Made by a program: the position numbers and the translations under genes
DNA from: a virus
Direction: 5' to 3' (one strand)
Virus record (IMG/VR): IMGVR_UViG_3300035695_000003
Span: 4,406 to 68,405 of that record
Length of the DNA: 64,000 nt
The notes under the pieces: model-generated
Databases searched by the model: none
Seen by the model: only the letters and a program-made list of their open reading frames with translations
What the model was told of the DNA's origin: nothing
Shown: one piece after another, positions 32,951 through 42,910 of the stretch
Position numbering within the stretch: the first letter of the stretch is position 1
Layout of the letters: every line of letters starts with the position of its first letter

Positions 32951-34831
32951 ATGGGCAACGCCAGCGGCGGCAACACCGGCAGCGCGAGTCCTTTCGGCTA
33001 CGGGATGAGCGGCAGCTTCGGCTCGTATCTCTCGGGGTACGGGCTGCGCGTGCCGTCCATCGCGGGAATCACGCAGCCGCTGCTGACGCCGACCTCGTGG
33101 CTCGACTTCATCGCCGAAGACTACGGGTTCAACGTCGGCCGATGGGTCTACGCGCGTGAACATTATACCGGTGAAGTTGCGGCGCCCTGGCGCATCTCGG
33201 CCTACCTGATCCGGAAGAAGATCGGCGAGACGATCGAGGCCTTCGAGGAGCGCGTGCTGCTCGCGGACTACACGCCGTATTTCGGCGCCGTGGTCGACAC
33301 GCTGGCGGGCATGCTCGTCGCGCGCGAAGACGAGACGGACCGCACGTGGGGCAAGAACGCGAAGGGCCGCTCGACCAAGAAGATGGGTCCGCTCGGACAG
33401 ATCCACGACCAGAGCACGATCCTCGGCCGTCTGTGGGTCGATGCCGACGGCCAGCACAACTCGTGGACGAGCCTGTGGCAGATGCTCGCCACGGAGCTCG
33501 TCGCCGTGCACACGTCGTGGATCTTCGTCGACGGCGGCGCGAACGGGCTCGACCCGAAGATCAAGCTGGTGCAGGCCGAGGCCGTGAGCAACTGGCTCTA
33601 CGACCCCGACGGCAAGACGCTGATCCAGGCACTGATGAAGATCCACATCGACGTCCGCACGAGCGTCAAGGAAAATCCGCGGACGGGCTGGGAGACGCAG
33701 TGGGTCCTCTTCACCGTCGACGGCTGGCAGCGCTGGCACAAGGTCCGCAAGGAGGTCGCGGGCCAGGGCGCGTCGAACGACCAGACGGTCGTCGAGGTGC
33801 CCGAGATGATCGACGAGGGCACGTGGCACTACGAGACGCGCGCGGGCGACCGGACCATCCCGCTGCTCCGCGTGTCGCTGCCGCTCAAGCGCAACGTCGG
33901 GTACCTGCTCGCGCGGAAGTGCAACGCGATCTTCAACAAGGAATCGGAGCGCGACCACCTGCTCCGGTTCGCGACGTTCCCGCTCCTGAACATCGTCGCC
34001 GAAGACACGATGTTCAAGCGCATCGAAGACCGGCTCCGGCTCGGCAGCCGCGTGCTGCAAGCCAAGCCCACGGGCGGGGCGTCGGGCGCGCACCACTTCA
34101 TCGCGCCGCCCGCAGAGCCCGCGAAGACGATGGCGGACGCGATCAAGGAAAAGGTCGAGGCGTTCTACGCCGTGGCCTTCCGCGAGTTCGCGAGCGCCGT
34201 GTCGAACTTCAACCGCGACCGCGTCACGGCCACCGAGGTCTTGACGCAGCGCGAGGTCGGCCTCGAGGCGTTCCTCGCCGTCGTGTCGACCGCCGTGGAC
34301 AACGCCGAGAACCAGACGCTCTGGTTCCTGGAGCAGACGGTCTTCCCGAAGGACAAGAGCAAGTGGGGCCAGGCCCGCGTGGAACGGCCGAAGAACTTCG
34401 GGCCGATCAACCCCGCGCAGGCGATCGAGGCGCTGAAGGCGCGCTACGTCGGCGGCGGTCCGCTGCCCGCGGGACGCGCGGCGCAGATCAGCGCGATCAA
34501 GCGCATCGCCGAGTTCGACGGCATCGAGTTCGACGAGAACGAGATCAGCGAGGCCCTGGACTCGGCGCAGCTCGCGCAGTTCGCGGCGACGGTGCAGCTG
34601 ATCTGGCCCGACGCGCCCGACGAGCTCAAGGCCGAGATCATCGCGCAATGGGGCGAGTCGGCAGGGTACGGCACCAAGGACGACCTCAAGACGAAGGCCC
34701 TGGCGCAGCTCGAAAAGAACGCCAAGGCCAACGCCCAGAAACCGTCTAAGCCGGCCGGCGGCAACGCGAACGGCCCTCCCAAGAACGACGCGGATCCCAC
34801 CCGCGTGGACACGGCCGGCATGAACGCCTGA
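32951..34831 (+). CDS. portal protein (by size, position and composition)
   Basis: 626 aa immediately after the terminase block; acidic C-terminus. Confidence 0.55.
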   Translation: MGNASGGNTGSASPFGYGMSGSFGSYLSGYGLRVPSIAGITQPLLTPTSWLDFIAEDYGFNVGRWVYAREHYTGEVAAPWRISAYLIRKKIGETIEAFEERVLLADYTPYFGAVVDTLAGMLVAREDETDRTWGKNAKGRSTKKMGPLGQIHDQSTILGRLWVDADGQHNSWTSLWQMLATELVAVHTSWIFVDGGANGLDPKIKLVQAEAVSNWLYDPDGKTLIQALMKIHIDVRTSVKENPRTGWETQWVLFTVDGWQRWHKVRKEVAGQGASNDQTVVEVPEMIDEGTWHYETRAGDRTIPLLRVSLPLKRNVGYLLARKCNAIFNKESERDHLLRFATFPLLNIVAEDTMFKRIEDRLRLGSRVLQAKPTGGASGAHHFIAPPAEPAKTMADAIKEKVEAFYAVAFREFASAVSNFNRDRVTATEVLTQREVGLEAFLAVVSTAVDNAENQTLWFLEQTVFPKDKSKWGQARVERPKNFGPINPAQAIEALKARYVGGGPLPAGRAAQISAIKRIAEFDGIEFDENEISEALDSAQLAQFAATVQLIWPDAPDELKAEIIAQWGESAGYGTKDDLKTKALAQLEKNAKANAQKPSKPAGGNANGPPKNDADPTRVDTAGMNA

Positions 34832-35021
34832 GGGGGCACTGGCGCGCGAGGCGCGCCATGCACTAGATTCGCCGCCTTACGAGACCAGCGACGCCCGCGG
34901 CGTCCGCTCTCCTCCGCAGCATGCCGTTCCCGCGAGACCAGACTCCACCACGACGACGAACACCACGACCCGCTCCGCGATTCGGAGCGGGTCATCTCGC
35001 ACACTTTCGGAGGACGCACCG

Positions 35022-35234
35022 ATGGCCACGCTTCCCGAGCTTCCCGCGCTGAAGGAACCCGCCGCGGGTCCCAACCAGGAATCCTTTTACACGAAGAGCA
35101 TCGGTCGCGGCGACGCGTGCATCACGGAGCACCCGGACACCGGGAACTACGTGGACGGCAACGTGAGCGCGCCCGACGGTCCGCTCTTCAAGGGCCCGCA
35201 GGTGGCGCCGAGCTCCGAGCTCAGCCTGAAGTAA
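35022..35234 (+). CDS. hypothetical small protein
   Basis: MATLPELPALKEPAAGPNQESFYTKSIGRGDACITEHPDTGNYVDG.. Confidence 0.45.
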   Translation: MATLPELPALKEPAAGPNQESFYTKSIGRGDACITEHPDTGNYVDGNVSAPDGPLFKGPQVAPSSELSLK

Positions 35235-35344
35235 GCAGGTCATAACGGGACGCGGACGGCGCGCAGGCGCCTCCGTGGACTCGGCCGACCGCAGGCGGCA
35301 CCTGCGAGAACGACCGCGCGAGGGACGAGGCGCGAGGAGGCAGC

Positions 35345-36184
35345 ATGGCCGGCGAGACGATGACGTTCACGATCACGGGAGCGGACGGGCAGGAGCAGCA
35401 GGTCACGGTTCCCGCGGACTCGGTGTACAGTGCCGTCGAAGGCGCGGGGTACATCAAGCCCGACAAGGTCGGCAAGGACATCGAGCGCCGGGTGGCCTCG
35501 ATCATCAAGAACAAGGGACTCCGGGACCCCAAGGAGCTCCTGACCGACGACGAGTTCCTGGCGCAGGCGCGCGAGGGCTTCGTCAAGGCCGAAGAGGCGA
35601 GCGGCGCCAAGGACCAGCTCCGCGAGGCGCTGGACAAGCAGGCCCGCGAGATCGAAAACGGCAAGCTCAAGCCGTTGCAGGATCAGCTGGCGGCACGGCA
35701 GGCCAAGGAAGACGTGCTGCTGGCCCGCGACATGGAGCGGCAGATCTTGAACGCGGCCCGCGAGGCCGGCGTCCAGGAACGGTTCCTGAAGTCGCGCAAC
35801 GGCCGTCCGCCGTTGATCGTGCAGCAGCTGCAGGACATGTTCGCCTACGACGACGACACGAGCGAGTTCTACGCCTCGAAGGGCGAAGACTTCGTCTTGT
35901 CGAAGAAGGACGGCGACAACACGTATCAGACGATCGCCGAGGCGATCGAAGAGTGGGCGCAGGACCCCGCCAACGCGGACCTGCTGGACAAGTCGGGACA
36001 GCCGGGCCCCTCGCGCGAGCGGACGGGCAACGGCGGCGGTGGCCGGCATGAGCCGGGCATCGTGATCCTCTCCGAAGAGGAAGCCTCCGACACGCCCACG
36101 TGGACCAAGGCGCTCGCCTCCGTCAACGGCGACGCCAGCAAGATCCGCGTCAAGCGGAACGCAGAACGCAACCTGTTCATGTGA
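35345..36184 (+). CDS. scaffolding protein candidate
   Basis: SD GAGGAGG. Long charged coiled coil (..DQLREALDKQAREIENGKLKPLQDQLAARQAKEDVLLARDMERQIL..) directly upstream of the capsid gene. Confidence 0.5.
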   Translation: MAGETMTFTITGADGQEQQVTVPADSVYSAVEGAGYIKPDKVGKDIERRVASIIKNKGLRDPKELLTDDEFLAQAREGFVKAEEASGAKDQLREALDKQAREIENGKLKPLQDQLAARQAKEDVLLARDMERQILNAAREAGVQERFLKSRNGRPPLIVQQLQDMFAYDDDTSEFYASKGEDFVLSKKDGDNTYQTIAEAIEEWAQDPANADLLDKSGQPGPSRERTGNGGGGRHEPGIVILSEEEASDTPTWTKALASVNGDASKIRVKRNAERNLFM

Positions 36185-36261
36185 CCGTAGGCGGCCGGCC
36201 GGCCGCCGTCGGCAACACCATCGCGCCGGCTCAACGGCCGACCTAAACCGGAGGATTCACC

Positions 36262-37407
36262 GTGGCCAACCTGCTCACCAGCGGGCTCGCGTACAACCCG
36301 TACTTCTACGCGCAGACCGCGCTGCAGGTGCTCTACAAGCGCCTGGGCATGGCGTTCTACGTCAACCGCTCCATCGAGCGCGACAAGGGCTCGGCCAAGG
36401 GCGACACCATCCAGCTCCGCCGGCCCAAGAGCCGCACGCCGCAGAACATGCCGATCGCACTGGCATCGTTCGCGGACGTCACCCCGGACTACACCAACCT
36501 GGTGATCAACCAGTGGATGGGCGACGGCTTCCGGCTGACGGACAAGGAAAAGACCCTGACGCCCGAGATGTTCGTCACGGAGCACATCGCTCCCGTGGCC
36601 GCGGGCATCGCGGACCAGATCGACCAGAACCTGGCCGGCCTGGCGCTGGAGTGCCCCTGGATCGTGGCGGCCGACGGCACCACGCCGACGAACGACTTCG
36701 GCAACGCGCGGCTCACCCTGCTCCAGAACAAGGCGCCGCTCGTCAACGAGCGGGACTACGCGTACCAGACGGATCCCATCATCCAGTCCCGGTACGAGAA
36801 ATCGCTCACCTTCCTGCAGGCCAACACCGCGACGGACGCGGCCCTGCAGCGCGAAGGCCAGCTCGGCGTGAAGTTCGGGTTCCGCATCTTCCCGAACCAG
36901 AACGCGCCGACCTACGCGACCGGCACGGGCGCGCTGACCAGCCCGATCACGTCTGCCAGCCCCGCGGTCGGGGCGACGCAGATCACGATCACCGGGACGT
37001 CCGGTTCCGGCACGCTGAAGCGCGGCACGGTGATCACGATCACCGGCGACCCGCAGCTGTACGCGGTCACCGCGGACGCGGCCGTCGGCGCGACCAGTGT
37101 CACGGTCTCGATCTCGCCCGCCCTCGCGGCGGCGCCGAGCAACGGCACCGTGGTCAGCTTCACGCAGACCTCGTCCAACTCGATCGGCCTCGCGTTCCAC
37201 AAGAACGCGTTCGCCCTCGTGCTGCAGCCGCTCGAGGACGCGGGCCCGGGCATCATCAGCGCCACGGTGACCGACCCGATCACCAACCTGTCCATGCGCT
37301 CGCGCGTGTGGGGAGACGGCGGGTCCGGCGCGACCTTCTGGGCGCTCGACGCCCTCTGGGGTTACAAGACGCTCAACCCGAACCTCGCGACGCGCGTCCA
37401 GATCTAA
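36262..37407 (+). CDS. major capsid protein
   Basis: 381 aa; GTG after GGAGG; follows the scaffold gene; composition typical of HK97-fold coat proteins. Confidence 0.6.
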   Translation: MANLLTSGLAYNPYFYAQTALQVLYKRLGMAFYVNRSIERDKGSAKGDTIQLRRPKSRTPQNMPIALASFADVTPDYTNLVINQWMGDGFRLTDKEKTLTPEMFVTEHIAPVAAGIADQIDQNLAGLALECPWIVAADGTTPTNDFGNARLTLLQNKAPLVNERDYAYQTDPIIQSRYEKSLTFLQANTATDAALQREGQLGVKFGFRIFPNQNAPTYATGTGALTSPITSASPAVGATQITITGTSGSGTLKRGTVITITGDPQLYAVTADAAVGATSVTVSISPALAAAPSNGTVVSFTQTSSNSIGLAFHKNAFALVLQPLEDAGPGIISATVTDPITNLSMRSRVWGDGGSGATFWALDALWGYKTLNPNLATRVQI

Positions 37408-37479
37408 GCGGACGCGGGTCAGACACCTCTGGCGGCGGCCTTCGGGCCGCCGCCTGACCCCGTGATCACGGAGACCAGC

Positions 37480-37809
37480 ATGACGCAGAGCATCCACGCC
37501 TCGGCCGCGGCCGAGATGAGCTTCACCAACGCGAAGGCACGTCTCGGCGACGGACCCATCGAGACCCACGAGGTCTTCGACAAGACGACCGGCGCGGTGA
37601 TCGTCGTGGACCATCGGACGTTCGACGAGAACACGATGACGCACGACGAGCTCGAGGCCAAGACCGCGGCGGCGGCACACGCCAAGCAGGCGGCGGCCGA
37701 CGCCCTGATCAACGCCAAGGCCCTCGCGGCCGAGGCGGCGGCGAAGGCGAAGGCGCTGGCAGAGGCGGCCGAAGAGGCCGAGAAGGCTGCCAAGGCTTCC
37801 GAGCAGTAA
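37480..37809 (+). CDS. Ala/Lys/Glu-rich helical protein (head decoration?)
   Basis: MTQSIHASAAAEMSFTNAKARLGDGPIETHEVF.. then an AEAAAKAKALAEAAEEAEKAAKA tail. Confidence 0.45.
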   Translation: MTQSIHASAAAEMSFTNAKARLGDGPIETHEVFDKTTGAVIVVDHRTFDENTMTHDELEAKTAAAAHAKQAAADALINAKALAAEAAAKAKALAEAAEEAEKAAKASEQ

Positions 37810-37890
37810 GCGTTCGCCCAGCACGACCTGTACCAGATCCCGCGCCGGCCGGCACGTCCGGTCGGCGCGGTCTTCTTTTCGGGAGCAACC

Positions 37891-38055
37891 ATGCGCAAGC
37901 CCAAGCTCGGAAGCGGCGCCCGCTTCAAGCACCTGAAGTCGTCCCTGCAGGGACGCGGCGGGGTCAAGAACCCCGGTGCCCTGGCAGCGTTCATCGGACG
38001 CAAGAAGTACGGCGCGACCAAGTTCGCGCGCCTGTCGGCCGGCGGCAAGAAGTGA
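37891..38055 (+). CDS. small basic protein (54 aa; not in ORF track)
   Basis: SD GGGAG; MRKPKLGSGARFKHLKSSLQGRGGVKNPGALAAFIGRKKYGATKFARLSAGGKK. Confidence 0.35.
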   Translation: MRKPKLGSGARFKHLKSSLQGRGGVKNPGALAAFIGRKKYGATKFARLSAGGKK

Positions 38056-38075
38056 CCCGGGTCTAGGAGATCACG

Positions 38076-38618
38076 ATGGCGACGCCGTATTTCGACACGA
38101 CCAATCCGGCGACGCTGCTGCTCCTGCCGCCCGCCTATCGCAACGACCCGGAGCTGAAGAACGTCGCGGCGCTGGCCGAGGCGATGGTGATCGGCTGGTA
38201 CACGATGAACCCGCCGTACTTCTTCTACACGGCGGCCAGCGTGGCCAACGTCAGCCAGTGGATCTGGCCGTCCACGGAGCGCGGCGGCGGCGAAGACATC
38301 ACGACCCAGAACGCGCCGCTCAACGCCGTGGTCCCGAGCCTGCGGGTGTACCTCACGGGCTACAAGCAGGACGCGTCGGACACCCTGGTCGACCCGAACC
38401 TGAAGATCGCGCTCCAGATGGCGATCGCGTCCGTGGTCGCCTGGACGCTCGCGCAGTGGAAGGAATTCGAACCGGGCGTCGCCAGCGTCACGCAGCAGGG
38501 CGTCGCCGGTCCCAGCAGGTCGCGGACGTTCCGGCCCTACGCGGAGAGCTCGTTCCCGCCCGACTGGAACATGCTCCTGGAGCCGTTCAACTCGAAGCCC
38601 GTCACCTGGGCGTTGTGA
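38076..38618 (+). CDS. head-tail joining region protein
   Basis: SD TAGGAGA; MATPYFDTTNPATLLLLPPAYRNDPELKNVAALAEAMVIGWY.. Confidence 0.5.
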   Translation: MATPYFDTTNPATLLLLPPAYRNDPELKNVAALAEAMVIGWYTMNPPYFFYTAASVANVSQWIWPSTERGGGEDITTQNAPLNAVVPSLRVYLTGYKQDASDTLVDPNLKIALQMAIASVVAWTLAQWKEFEPGVASVTQQGVAGPSRSRTFRPYAESSFPPDWNMLLEPFNSKPVTWAL

Positions 38619-38627
38619 GGAGATGAG

Positions 38628-39032
38628 ATGTCGCAGATCGCTCTGCTGTCCGGTTCCGGACTCGCCGGCAACGCCGCGGCAACGCTGATCAGCACCGTGA
38701 TCGGCGACTCGAACACGCAGCCCTACGCGCTGATGATCGTATTCGACGTCACGTTCGTGGGCGGCACGACCCCGACGCTCCAGCTGATCCTGGAGGCGGT
38801 CGATCCCGTCTCGGGCAAGTTCGTCCAGTGGGGCACGGCCTTCACCGCGGTCAACGCGAATGGGACCTTCACCTACGTGGTCGCGCTCGGCGTCGGCGCC
38901 GCCAGTGGCGGCGTGACCGCCACGGTGAACCTGCCCGTGCCGACGTTCTTCCGGGTGCGGACGGTCGCGGGCGGCACGATCGGGACGGTGAGCTTCACCG
39001 CCACGGGATTCATCATCCCGCTGAACAACTGA
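38628..39032 (+). CDS. structural protein
   Basis: SD GAGGAG; beta-rich (..TFTYVVALGVGAASGGVTATVNLPVPTFFRVRTV..). Confidence 0.5.
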   Translation: MSQIALLSGSGLAGNAAATLISTVIGDSNTQPYALMIVFDVTFVGGTTPTLQLILEAVDPVSGKFVQWGTAFTAVNANGTFTYVVALGVGAASGGVTATVNLPVPTFFRVRTVAGGTIGTVSFTATGFIIPLNN

Positions 39033-39036
39033 TCCG

Positions 39037-39558
39037 ATGGACGACCAGGTCTTCGGCGATCTCGAAGGCCGGCTGCGCGAAGGTCTCAGCGACGACCAGG
39101 TCAGCAGGATCGCCATGGCGACGCGGGCCAGCTTTCAGGCGCAGTTCCAGTCGGCCGGCGCATACGGTGGGACCCCGTGGGCGATGCTCGCGGAGAGCAC
39201 GCTCCGGAAGAAGCGCGGTCGGAGCGCGCAGATCCTGGTAGACACCGAGGCCTTGATCGACAGCCTCACCGTTCCGGGCGCGCCGCACAGCATCGTCCAG
39301 CGGATCGGACCGTGGGACGTCGAGGTCGGCACGGACCTGCCGTACGCCGCGCTGCACCAGGCCGGCACGCGCAAGATGCCGCAGCGCGAGCTGATCACCG
39401 ATCAGATGGTCGAGCAGGAGGCCGACGAGATCAGCGAGCACGTCGCCGACTACGTGCTGGGCGGCGACGAAGGCGCCGAGCACGGGTTGCTCGGATCGGC
39501 CGAGAACGTCGGCGAAGACCTGGCAGAAGGCCTCGAAGGCCTGGAGGGATTGCTCTGA
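39037..39558 (+). CDS. virion morphogenesis / head-tail adaptor-like protein
   Basis: MDDQVFGDLEGRLREGLSDDQVSRIAMATRASFQAQFQSAG.. with an acidic C-terminus. Confidence 0.45.
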   Translation: MDDQVFGDLEGRLREGLSDDQVSRIAMATRASFQAQFQSAGAYGGTPWAMLAESTLRKKRGRSAQILVDTEALIDSLTVPGAPHSIVQRIGPWDVEVGTDLPYAALHQAGTRKMPQRELITDQMVEQEADEISEHVADYVLGGDEGAEHGLLGSAENVGEDLAEGLEGLEGLL

Positions 39559-40145
39559 TGCCGCAGGCCGAGGTCGTCCGGGCAGTCGCCGACTGGCTCG
39601 GGCAAGACGTGAACACGAGGATCTCTGGAGTGCCCGTCGATCCCGGCGAGCTGCCGCCACCGCCGATCGCGGCATACGTGGTGGCGGATCGGACGCTGCA
39701 GACGCCGACGCCGAACGATCTCGCGATCTTCGACGAGAGCCGACACCTGTTCGCGGCCATGGGGCAAGAGCCGCCGGCCGGATCGACGCCGGCGCTGTAT
39801 CTCTGGTGCCGGACGGCGCTGGTGATGGAAGGGGAACCGACGCCCGACGGGCAGATTCGCAAGTCGCGCTCGCCCGTGCAGGTCTCGGTGATGTACATCG
39901 CCCGCAACTCGGTGCGGCAAGACGCCATCCGAGACGGAACGCGGACACTCAGGGCGGTCGCGCGCAGCCTGCGCGAGCTGTCCAAGAACCAGAACGACAT
40001 GGCCCGCCAGCGCAACGGCATCTACCTGGTGCTCGGCGAGGGGCCGATGGTGATCGATCCGATCGTCAGCTCGATCGGCAAGGCCACGTGTGCAGGCGTC
40101 CTGACGGTCGGCTATTACGTCAGGGACATGACCCCGTCGTACTGA
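39558..40145 (+). CDS. structural protein (neck/tail completion?)
   Basis: ATGA-coupled; MPQAEVVRAVADWLGQDVNTRISGVPV.. Confidence 0.5.
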   Translation: MPQAEVVRAVADWLGQDVNTRISGVPVDPGELPPPPIAAYVVADRTLQTPTPNDLAIFDESRHLFAAMGQEPPAGSTPALYLWCRTALVMEGEPTPDGQIRKSRSPVQVSVMYIARNSVRQDAIRDGTRTLRAVARSLRELSKNQNDMARQRNGIYLVLGEGPMVIDPIVSSIGKATCAGVLTVGYYVRDMTPSY

Positions 40146-40158
40146 GGAGAGCATCTCG

Positions 40159-40320
40159 ATGGTGACCTACATCATGCCGAACGGCGAGCGCGTCCCCGTG
40201 CCCCAGGACGTGGTCAGTCAGGGACCCGCGGCCGAGCAGGCGTTCTACGACGGGCAGCTGGCGCGCCTCGCGGCAGAGGCCGCGGACGCGGCGCCGGTTC
40301 TCACGGACGGAGGGAAGTAA
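40159..40320 (+). CDS. small protein (53 aa; not in ORF track)
   Basis: SD GAGGAGA; MVTYIMPNGERVPVPQDVVSQGPAAEQAFYDGQLARLAAEAADAAPVLTDGGK. Confidence 0.35.
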   Translation: MVTYIMPNGERVPVPQDVVSQGPAAEQAFYDGQLARLAAEAADAAPVLTDGGK

Positions 40321-40323
40321 CCC

Positions 40324-41385
40324 ATGACGGCCCCGAAGACACTCGTCTCGTGGGGATACTCGGCGAAGCTCGAGTCCACCTACGGCACCATCAACGCCAA
40401 CGGCGTCGCCGACGGGATCCTGCTCACCAAGATCCCGACGCTCGACTTTCCCAAGTGGCTGAACGAAGGCGACCGCGGCGTCACGCCCGCGGGCGGGCGG
40501 CGCCAGGCCGTCGCGGCGTCCGGCCGGTGGGGCACCATCAAGGCCGAGGCCGAAGGCATCGGCTCGAAGGGCGGCGTCGCCTACTCGGCCAGCATCAAGC
40601 CGCACCTGGACGTCCTGAACCAGATCTCGGGGTTCAACGTCACGAGCGCGTTCACGGCCGGCCACGAGTTCTACCAGTACGTGCCCGAGAGCCAGCCGTC
40701 GGCGCTCGCGAGCGCGACCACGGAGGCCGTGGTGGCCGGGCAGCTGTACCGGCTCTTCGGTGCCTACGGCGATCTGTCCATCGCGGCCAACGGTCCGATG
40801 GTGCCGCTGTTCACGTACGACCTGAACGGCGTGGCCGACATCATCGTCGACCAGGCGATCCCGGCGTACACCAGCTATCCGCTCATGAACGACCTGCCGT
40901 CCAAGGCCGACTCGATCGGCCTCAAGATCGGACTGTTCACGGCGGGCGTCGTGAAGAGCTTCTCGTTCAAGGCAAACCGGAACATCAAGGGCGCGCGGGT
41001 GGCCATGTCGGGCGGCCTGATCGCCGGTCACGCGGGCTTCACCCCGGCCTATCGCGACCCGACGTTCGAGGTCGTGATCGAGCGGTGCGCGACGCTCGCC
41101 ACGGTCACCCCGTGGAACACGGCGACCACGCTCAACCCGTACCGGCTGAAGGAAGACAAGATCCCCGTCGTCTTGCAGATCGACATCGGGTCGCAGCAGT
41201 ATCACCGGTGGCACCTGTACAGCGGGTCCGGGCTCACGGTCGAGGTGCCGAACCCGACCGCCCAGGCCGTGCTCAAGGAAGTCAAGGACACCGGCGAAGG
41301 GGCCACCGCGACGTGGACGCTGACGTTCGAGCTCTTCGAGTCGACGTACGGCGCCAACGACGCCTTCAGCCTGCTCTGGAATTGA
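40324..41385 (+). CDS. major tail protein candidate
   Basis: 353 aa, beta-rich, immediately before the tail chaperone/TMP block. Confidence 0.45.
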   Translation: MTAPKTLVSWGYSAKLESTYGTINANGVADGILLTKIPTLDFPKWLNEGDRGVTPAGGRRQAVAASGRWGTIKAEAEGIGSKGGVAYSASIKPHLDVLNQISGFNVTSAFTAGHEFYQYVPESQPSALASATTEAVVAGQLYRLFGAYGDLSIAANGPMVPLFTYDLNGVADIIVDQAIPAYTSYPLMNDLPSKADSIGLKIGLFTAGVVKSFSFKANRNIKGARVAMSGGLIAGHAGFTPAYRDPTFEVVIERCATLATVTPWNTATTLNPYRLKEDKIPVVLQIDIGSQQYHRWHLYSGSGLTVEVPNPTAQAVLKEVKDTGEGATATWTLTFELFESTYGANDAFSLLWN

Positions 41386-41413
41386 TCACTACTCAACTGG
41401 ACGGGAGCTCATC

Positions 41414-41893
41414 ATGGCTGAACGGTACAACTGGGGTTTCGGGCGCGTCGCGCTCGCGGCCTCGACGGCGAAGTCGATCGCCTCGCTCACGACGCCGTCG
41501 ACGCGTCGTCTCTGGATTCGACGCTGGACGCTGACGTTCGACGGCACCCCGAACGCCCAGGCCGGGGTCGTGCCGGTCAAGGTCGAGTTCTTCCGCGGCG
41601 TCTCGCTCGCTGGCGCCGTATGGACCGCGACACCTCCGACGGCAGTGCCGACCGACCCGTCGGGCGTGGCCGCGCTGCACACGCCCACGTGGAACGCGAC
41701 CACGGAGCCGACCAGCTTCGCCGCGGGGGTATACCTGATCCCGCCGTTCGACATTCCCCCGACCAACGGGCTGATCGTGCCGAACGCGGTCGACGCGAAC
41801 TGGCTGATCCCCGTGAGCTCGACCTTCGTCTGTCGCGTCACGCCCGGAGCGGCCGCGGTAGACGTCTCGCTGAGCCTCGAGCTCGAGGAGTAA
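41414..41893 (+). CDS. structural protein
   Basis: SD GGGAG; MAERYNWGFGRVALAASTAKSIASLTTP.. Confidence 0.5.
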   Translation: MAERYNWGFGRVALAASTAKSIASLTTPSTRRLWIRRWTLTFDGTPNAQAGVVPVKVEFFRGVSLAGAVWTATPPTAVPTDPSGVAALHTPTWNATTEPTSFAAGVYLIPPFDIPPTNGLIVPNAVDANWLIPVSSTFVCRVTPGAAAVDVSLSLELEE

Positions 41894-41896
41894 TCG

Positions 41897-42910
41897 GTGT
41901 TCCCCACGTCCGTGGGGGCACGATATGCTCCTCGGTTCGTGCCGATCGTCGTTCCGCCTGCAAACGCGCCGCTCCTTCTCGGCCTCACGCGAGACATCGG
42001 CAGCGCCGCGGGCGGAGCGACGCTCGACGTTCGGGGATGGAACTTCACGTCCGACGCCGCCGTCACGATCGGCGGCGTTTCTGCATCGTCTGTCATCTTC
42101 ATGGGGTCGACGCGCGTCCGCGTCACCACGCCGGCCGTCTCGGCCGGCGTCCACGACGTCGTGCTCATGCAGGCGAGCGGTTCGGCAACCATCGTCGCCG
42201 GCTACGAGACGGTCGCCGTTCCTGGCACGACGTTCGGCGCGTCGTCGTTCTCGAGCGGCGTTCTCACGCCGTTCACGGTTGTCGGCACCGGCGTCGCCAT
42301 CTCTAACGATTACGCCGAGCCGGGCGGCACGCGATGTTGCAAGTGCGTCGCCGACGGCGCCAACACCAACGAAGAAAGCCTTCAGCTCACGCTTCCTGCC
42401 AATTCGTCGTCGTTGAACGCCGCCGCGGGCGTGTGGGTCCGGTGGCACAGCATCATTCCCGACGCGACCTTCTCACAGATCACGGGCCAGATCAAGGGCA
42501 CCGTCTTCCGGTTCAACAACCTCGGCGCAGGCGAATGGCCCCACGAAGGCGTGGGCCCTCAGGTCGACTCGGATCCGGCCGCGGCGAGCGGTTTCGGTCT
42601 CGGATCGTTCTTCACGGGGAACGTGCACACCGGGACATATTACAGATATGGTCGGTGGGTCGAGCACCTCATGTGGTGCAAGCGCACCACCGGCGTCAGC
42701 GGGCGCGTGCGCCTCTTCATGGGCGTCGGCGGAATGCTGAAGGCGTGCTACGACTCGACGCAGGCCGTCTTCGGCACCGATCCGACGACGGACACGTTCG
42801 CGTTCCGCGTCGGATGCGTGTTCAATCAAGGCAACGTGTCGGCGATCGGCAATCTTCTCTATTACATCGGCAACTTGTCGTTGGCCGACGGACTGGCGCC
42901 GGGCATATGA
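41897..42910 (+). CDS. structural protein with an Ig/TIG-like N-terminal region
   Basis: ..TLDVRGWNFTSDAAVTIGGVSASSVIFMGSTRVRVTTPAVSAGVHDVVL.. Confidence 0.5.
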   Translation: MFPTSVGARYAPRFVPIVVPPANAPLLLGLTRDIGSAAGGATLDVRGWNFTSDAAVTIGGVSASSVIFMGSTRVRVTTPAVSAGVHDVVLMQASGSATIVAGYETVAVPGTTFGASSFSSGVLTPFTVVGTGVAISNDYAEPGGTRCCKCVADGANTNEESLQLTLPANSSSLNAAAGVWVRWHSIIPDATFSQITGQIKGTVFRFNNLGAGEWPHEGVGPQVDSDPAAASGFGLGSFFTGNVHTGTYYRYGRWVEHLMWCKRTTGVSGRVRLFMGVGGMLKACYDSTQAVFGTDPTTDTFAFRVGCVFNQGNVSAIGNLLYYIGNLSLADGLAPGI

